This document shows, in pieces, positions 60,301 through 64,000 of a stretch of 64,000 bases of DNA (position 1 is its first letter; the number at the start of each line of letters is the position of its first letter). The position numbers were made by a program, and so were the translations under genes. The notes under the pieces are model-generated. The model was not told where the DNA came from. It made no database searches and was given only the letters and a program-made list of their open reading frames with translations. The stretch covers positions 2,108,001 through 2,172,000 of the forward strand of contig NW_027362971.1 in assembly GCF_046119375.1 (NCBI RefSeq). The letters are read 5' to 3'. This DNA comes from Phyllobates terribilis. Lineage: Eukaryota.

Positions 60301-63300
60301 TGATTGTCAGCCTGGTGCAATGTCTTGTGTGCGTATTGCTGCAGTTATAACTTTGCACCAGGCCCGCTAACCAGTAGTGGAGCTGGGGATGCTGGCAGAT
60401 AGGATCTGGGTTGCAGGTCTCCAGTCCAGTTGTCAAAGACTACTCACATTGCCACTGAACCAGGGTCTGTGAATCAACTTGCTCATCCCTAGTAAAGAGC
60501 TTTAGGCTATGTTCACACATCATGTTTTTTTTCTGCAGCAAAACCTGATCTCTTGCCAGGAAGTTGTTCAGGATTTTTGTTGCTATTTTTTTTTCTTGCT
60601 TTTTTGGCTTTTTTTTTTTTTTGGGGTGGTTTTTTTTCACTGTCCTTTTGTCTCTTAGGCTATGTTCACACATCATGGTTTTTTATGCAAAACTTCAGCT
60701 GCGTTTTGCAATACCAGCAAAGTCTATGAAATTCCAGAAATGTCATGCACACCTTGTTTTTTTATTTGTTCAGGATTTTGTGCTTTGCATGTTTTTTTGC
60801 AATATAGAGCATGTCACTTTCAGTGTTTTTTCAGCATTTTTTGTGCCTAAACCAGAATGAGATTTTTTTTTTTCACTGAACTTTATGTACATGCATAACT
60901 GAGACAAAATGGCAGTGAAAAAACGCACACAAAAATCCAGAACAACATCCTGGCAAGAGATCAGGTTTTGCTGCTGGAAAAAAAAACATGTGTGAACATA
61001 GCCTTATGTATGTACATAAAGTTCAGTGGAAAAAATCTCATTCTGGTTTAGGCACAAAAAACTTGACACCTGCGTTTTTTCAGCGTTTTTTTTCACCACC
61101 CCTTACTTGAAGCACTTTAAAACAAAAAAGAATTATGAGAAATCACAATAAGTAGGCATGTGTAAATGAGGATGGAAGTGCACTGGGGTGTGATGATGCA
61201 CTTCTACGTCTCGGCTGGTCTATGTATTCCTCGCCTTGTGCCGCCCTCTTCTGGTTGACAGGTTGTTTGATGTATTACATCATGTCTATGTGCATGGTCT
61301 TCTCATTGTACATGTGAAGTACTTTCACATCTGTGTGTCTGCCATGCCAACGATCTCTCAATCATCCAGAAGAGGATGGCACCAGGCGATGAAAACTGAG
61401 GCGTTGGAAATACATGGACACGGCCCAATGCACTTGCAGCATCATTTACATATACTTTCAAAAGGTTGTGTCTCACTGCTGGAAGAACATTTTGGGGTCA
61501 CAAAGGTATCGATTGTCTGTGTAAATTATTGCTGACAGGTTTGCTTTTAAGAAAAATATTTTTACGACCTCTTCTCCTTTTGTGGTGAAGATGGAACAAT
61601 CCCTGGGTAACAAGTTAGTCAACATGTCATACAGTTTGGTCAGCTTCATTATTAGTTGTTTTATTCAACTCGTTCCCATCCAAAATGAGTGACTAAGGAG
61701 GCGATCAACAAACGGGAAGAGATATGAGGCAAACTGATTAATGTAAAGTTGGCCAATAAAGCATCAGCAGTGACCGTAGCTCTCATAACAGTTTCTCACA
61801 TAGTTCTCAGATGCCAGGATGCATCACAGCTGTTCCGTGGCCTATAGTCACAGGAGTATGAAAGCTAGGTCCTGAAATCACCATATAAGTGGACACAAAA
61901 AAACCCTCAGTTTTTAGCACTTTTTATATTTCCTTATTGGCTTACAGCCAACATCTGCCGTATTAAATGGAAAATCTCTGATCACATTAGTTTCTTTAAA
62001 GGGAATCTGTCACCCCCTGGGAGATATCAGACCTCTACTATGGGTATACAGGTTATAGAAAAGTAAATCCATACATAGCTGTATGGCCCAAAGTAGAGGT
62101 TTGATTGCAGAGAAATCTGTTTCTATCAACTCCTCTTTGCACAGGTTTAGCGTCCGGGGGACGCCAAGAAATCGCCGCCTATTTGTTTATTAATCCCCGA
62201 AAATTCCCGCCTATGTGCCTAGTTATCATATTTCCCCCTTCCCCTGCACGTCACAGGGTCCTGTGACGTGCATTGGTCTCCTTCATCTCCCGGGCATGCG
62301 CAAAGCGCCGCTCACATAGATTCTCTGGCTGCGGTCATGTGACCACAAGTATATGATATGCATACTCCTGGCTACATACTTGCATTGAGCGAGGCATGAA
62401 ATAGTCTACTCGTAATGTGGTCATGAGTATTCATATTGCATACTTGCGGTCACATGACTGCCGCTCCTGGCACCAGAGATTCCTCGCAGCGTGCAGTGCG
62501 CGCCTTGTGAGGATTCACAAGTCTGCAGCCTCATAAAGTGACTGCAGACTTGTAGCTTTGGACTGGACATCCCTTTTAATTCTTTTTAATCTACAGTCTA
62601 TCCCGATGATTGTGCAGTGTAAGCAGGCTTCCAATCCCCCAACGAGCGAGCAAATGCTCATTTGTCTGGTGAAGTAATCTTTTGGTTTGCTAAAAAACTA
62701 ATCGTTCTTGGCAGCATGTGGCCTTACGTAAACAGGACGTGTTATGGAGTACATTGACAGCCTGCCTGTACTGAACGATCTATTGCTGATTGCTCTGGGA
62801 ACATATTTAATGTGATCGGCCTGTCCAAACTGGCTATTGGGTGGTGTAAACCTGGCCTTCGTCTCTACAAACGTGCATTGCTGGCTCTGTTGGTTGTCTC
62901 CATTCTGATGGAAAGAATAGCTCTGTACACGGCGCTGATATTTCCCCCCCACCACCACGGCTGATACCACAGTAGAACCCAATGGCCCCTATTTTATGTC
63001 AGTTGGGTCTGTGAGTTGCCACCAGTATTTGGTGTGACAGATCTGGCTATGCAAATATGATCAGAGCAATTAGATCTAATGCTGTAATATCATTATACAA
63101 TTACACTTAACATTAAGTAGGAGGATATTATACAGTTCGACTCCTTGATTAATTTGGGGCTTGGCGATTGTACACTATAGATCCGTTCTTTAGTATTGTG
63201 CATTTTTTCATTCTCTGAATGACATTTGATCTACGGCCTATGACATACATTTGAAAATATTACAGTGTAGGTACTTAATAAATTCTGAAAGATGTATAAC

Positions 63301-63339
63301 ATATTTTTTTTTTCCTCTCCTTGTATGCTACTTCATCAG

Positions 63340-64000
63340 ACTATGCGTTCGTTCACATGGAAAAAGAAAGCGACGCTAGGGAAGCTATCGACAAACTGAA
63401 TGGCAGAGATTTAAGAGGCAAACGGATTAATGTGGAGATGTCCAGTAAGGCTAATAAGCCTATGGGCGGTAACGGTAGCTCTCATAGCGGTCGCTCACGT
63501 AGGTCTTATGAATACCGAGATGCACCGCAGAGCCGCTCTGAAGCATATAACCGCAGGAGAGCAACCGAAGCGACTTATGCGTCCTATGCTTTGAAATCGC
63601 CATATGAGCGTTATGGTGGAGATTATGAGCAATATGATACTTACGACAGCAGAGTGCGTCCACCTTCCCCAATGTACTATTCGCGAGACAGGAGTCCCCT
63701 GCGGAGGTCGCCCACAAGAGCATACTATGAGGAAGCAATGACCTCCACTGCACTTGCACAGAAGTATCGTACTGCAGCGACAGACTATTCTTCATTGTCA
63801 TCCGCCTATGGGGTCCAGACTACTCCATCGTTGTCGTCCGCCTATAGTAGTCAGACGTCGGCGTTGGCTTCTGCCTATGCTGCTCGTGCCGCCGCTGCTG
63901 CTGTGAATCAGACTGGATATGAGAGCCAGACCGCAACATATGGTGCAGACACCGCTACATATAATGCCCAGACAGCTGCAGCTTATCGGCAACAAGTTCC
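63340..64000 (+). CDS. RBM14: RBM14 exon 2, partial (end of RRM2 and Tyr/Ser/Ala/Gln-rich low-complexity domain); runs off the window
   Basis: atcag|AC TAT GCG..., encoding DYAFVHMEKESDAREAIDKLNGRDLRGKRINVEMS...SRDRSPLRRSP...SAYAARAAAAA.... Open to 64000. No CCHC knuckle after RRM2, so not RBM4. Confidence 0.88.

Noticed and set aside
61200-61600. Non-repetitive, Cys-containing stretch in RBM14 intron 1 as a hidden exon or TE ORF
   Set aside because: Stops occur in the frames examined and no recognisable motif was found; it cannot be classified without a search.

Overview
Vertebrate genomic DNA, most consistent with an anuran (frog) genome. That call is inferred from the repeat families; the species cannot be fixed from sequence alone. 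Three host genes are supported by exon-level reconstruction. (1) A two-coding-exon prokineticin-receptor-like GPCR on the minus strand (5675-5281 and 1735-1090, 346 aa). (2) A complete 8-exon CCS, copper chaperone for SOD1 (20268-36433, 273 aa, + strand). (3) The 5' part of RBM14 (56924-57266 and 63340 to window end). The rest is dense, nested transposable-element sequence: an intact DD38E Tc1-type element, a degenerate Tc1 with a 15x amplified transposase motif, a 7.6-kb hAT/BED element with a perfect 8-bp TSD and internal repeat cargo, a 3'-truncated class I (epsilon/gamma-like) endogenous retrovirus, a 5'-truncated L1 with a 16-bp TSD, solo LTRs, a tRNA-derived SINE, CR1 fragments, many MITEs and two G-rich VNTRs. 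The most notable observations are a RanBP2/NZF-type zinc finger next to a PPPY late domain inside the ERV Gag, a canonical minimal hammerhead ribozyme in sense orientation in CCS intron 7, and a PROKR-like gene in CCS-RBM14 synteny that may be a third vertebrate PROKR ohnologue. All calls were made by eye; no database searches were run.
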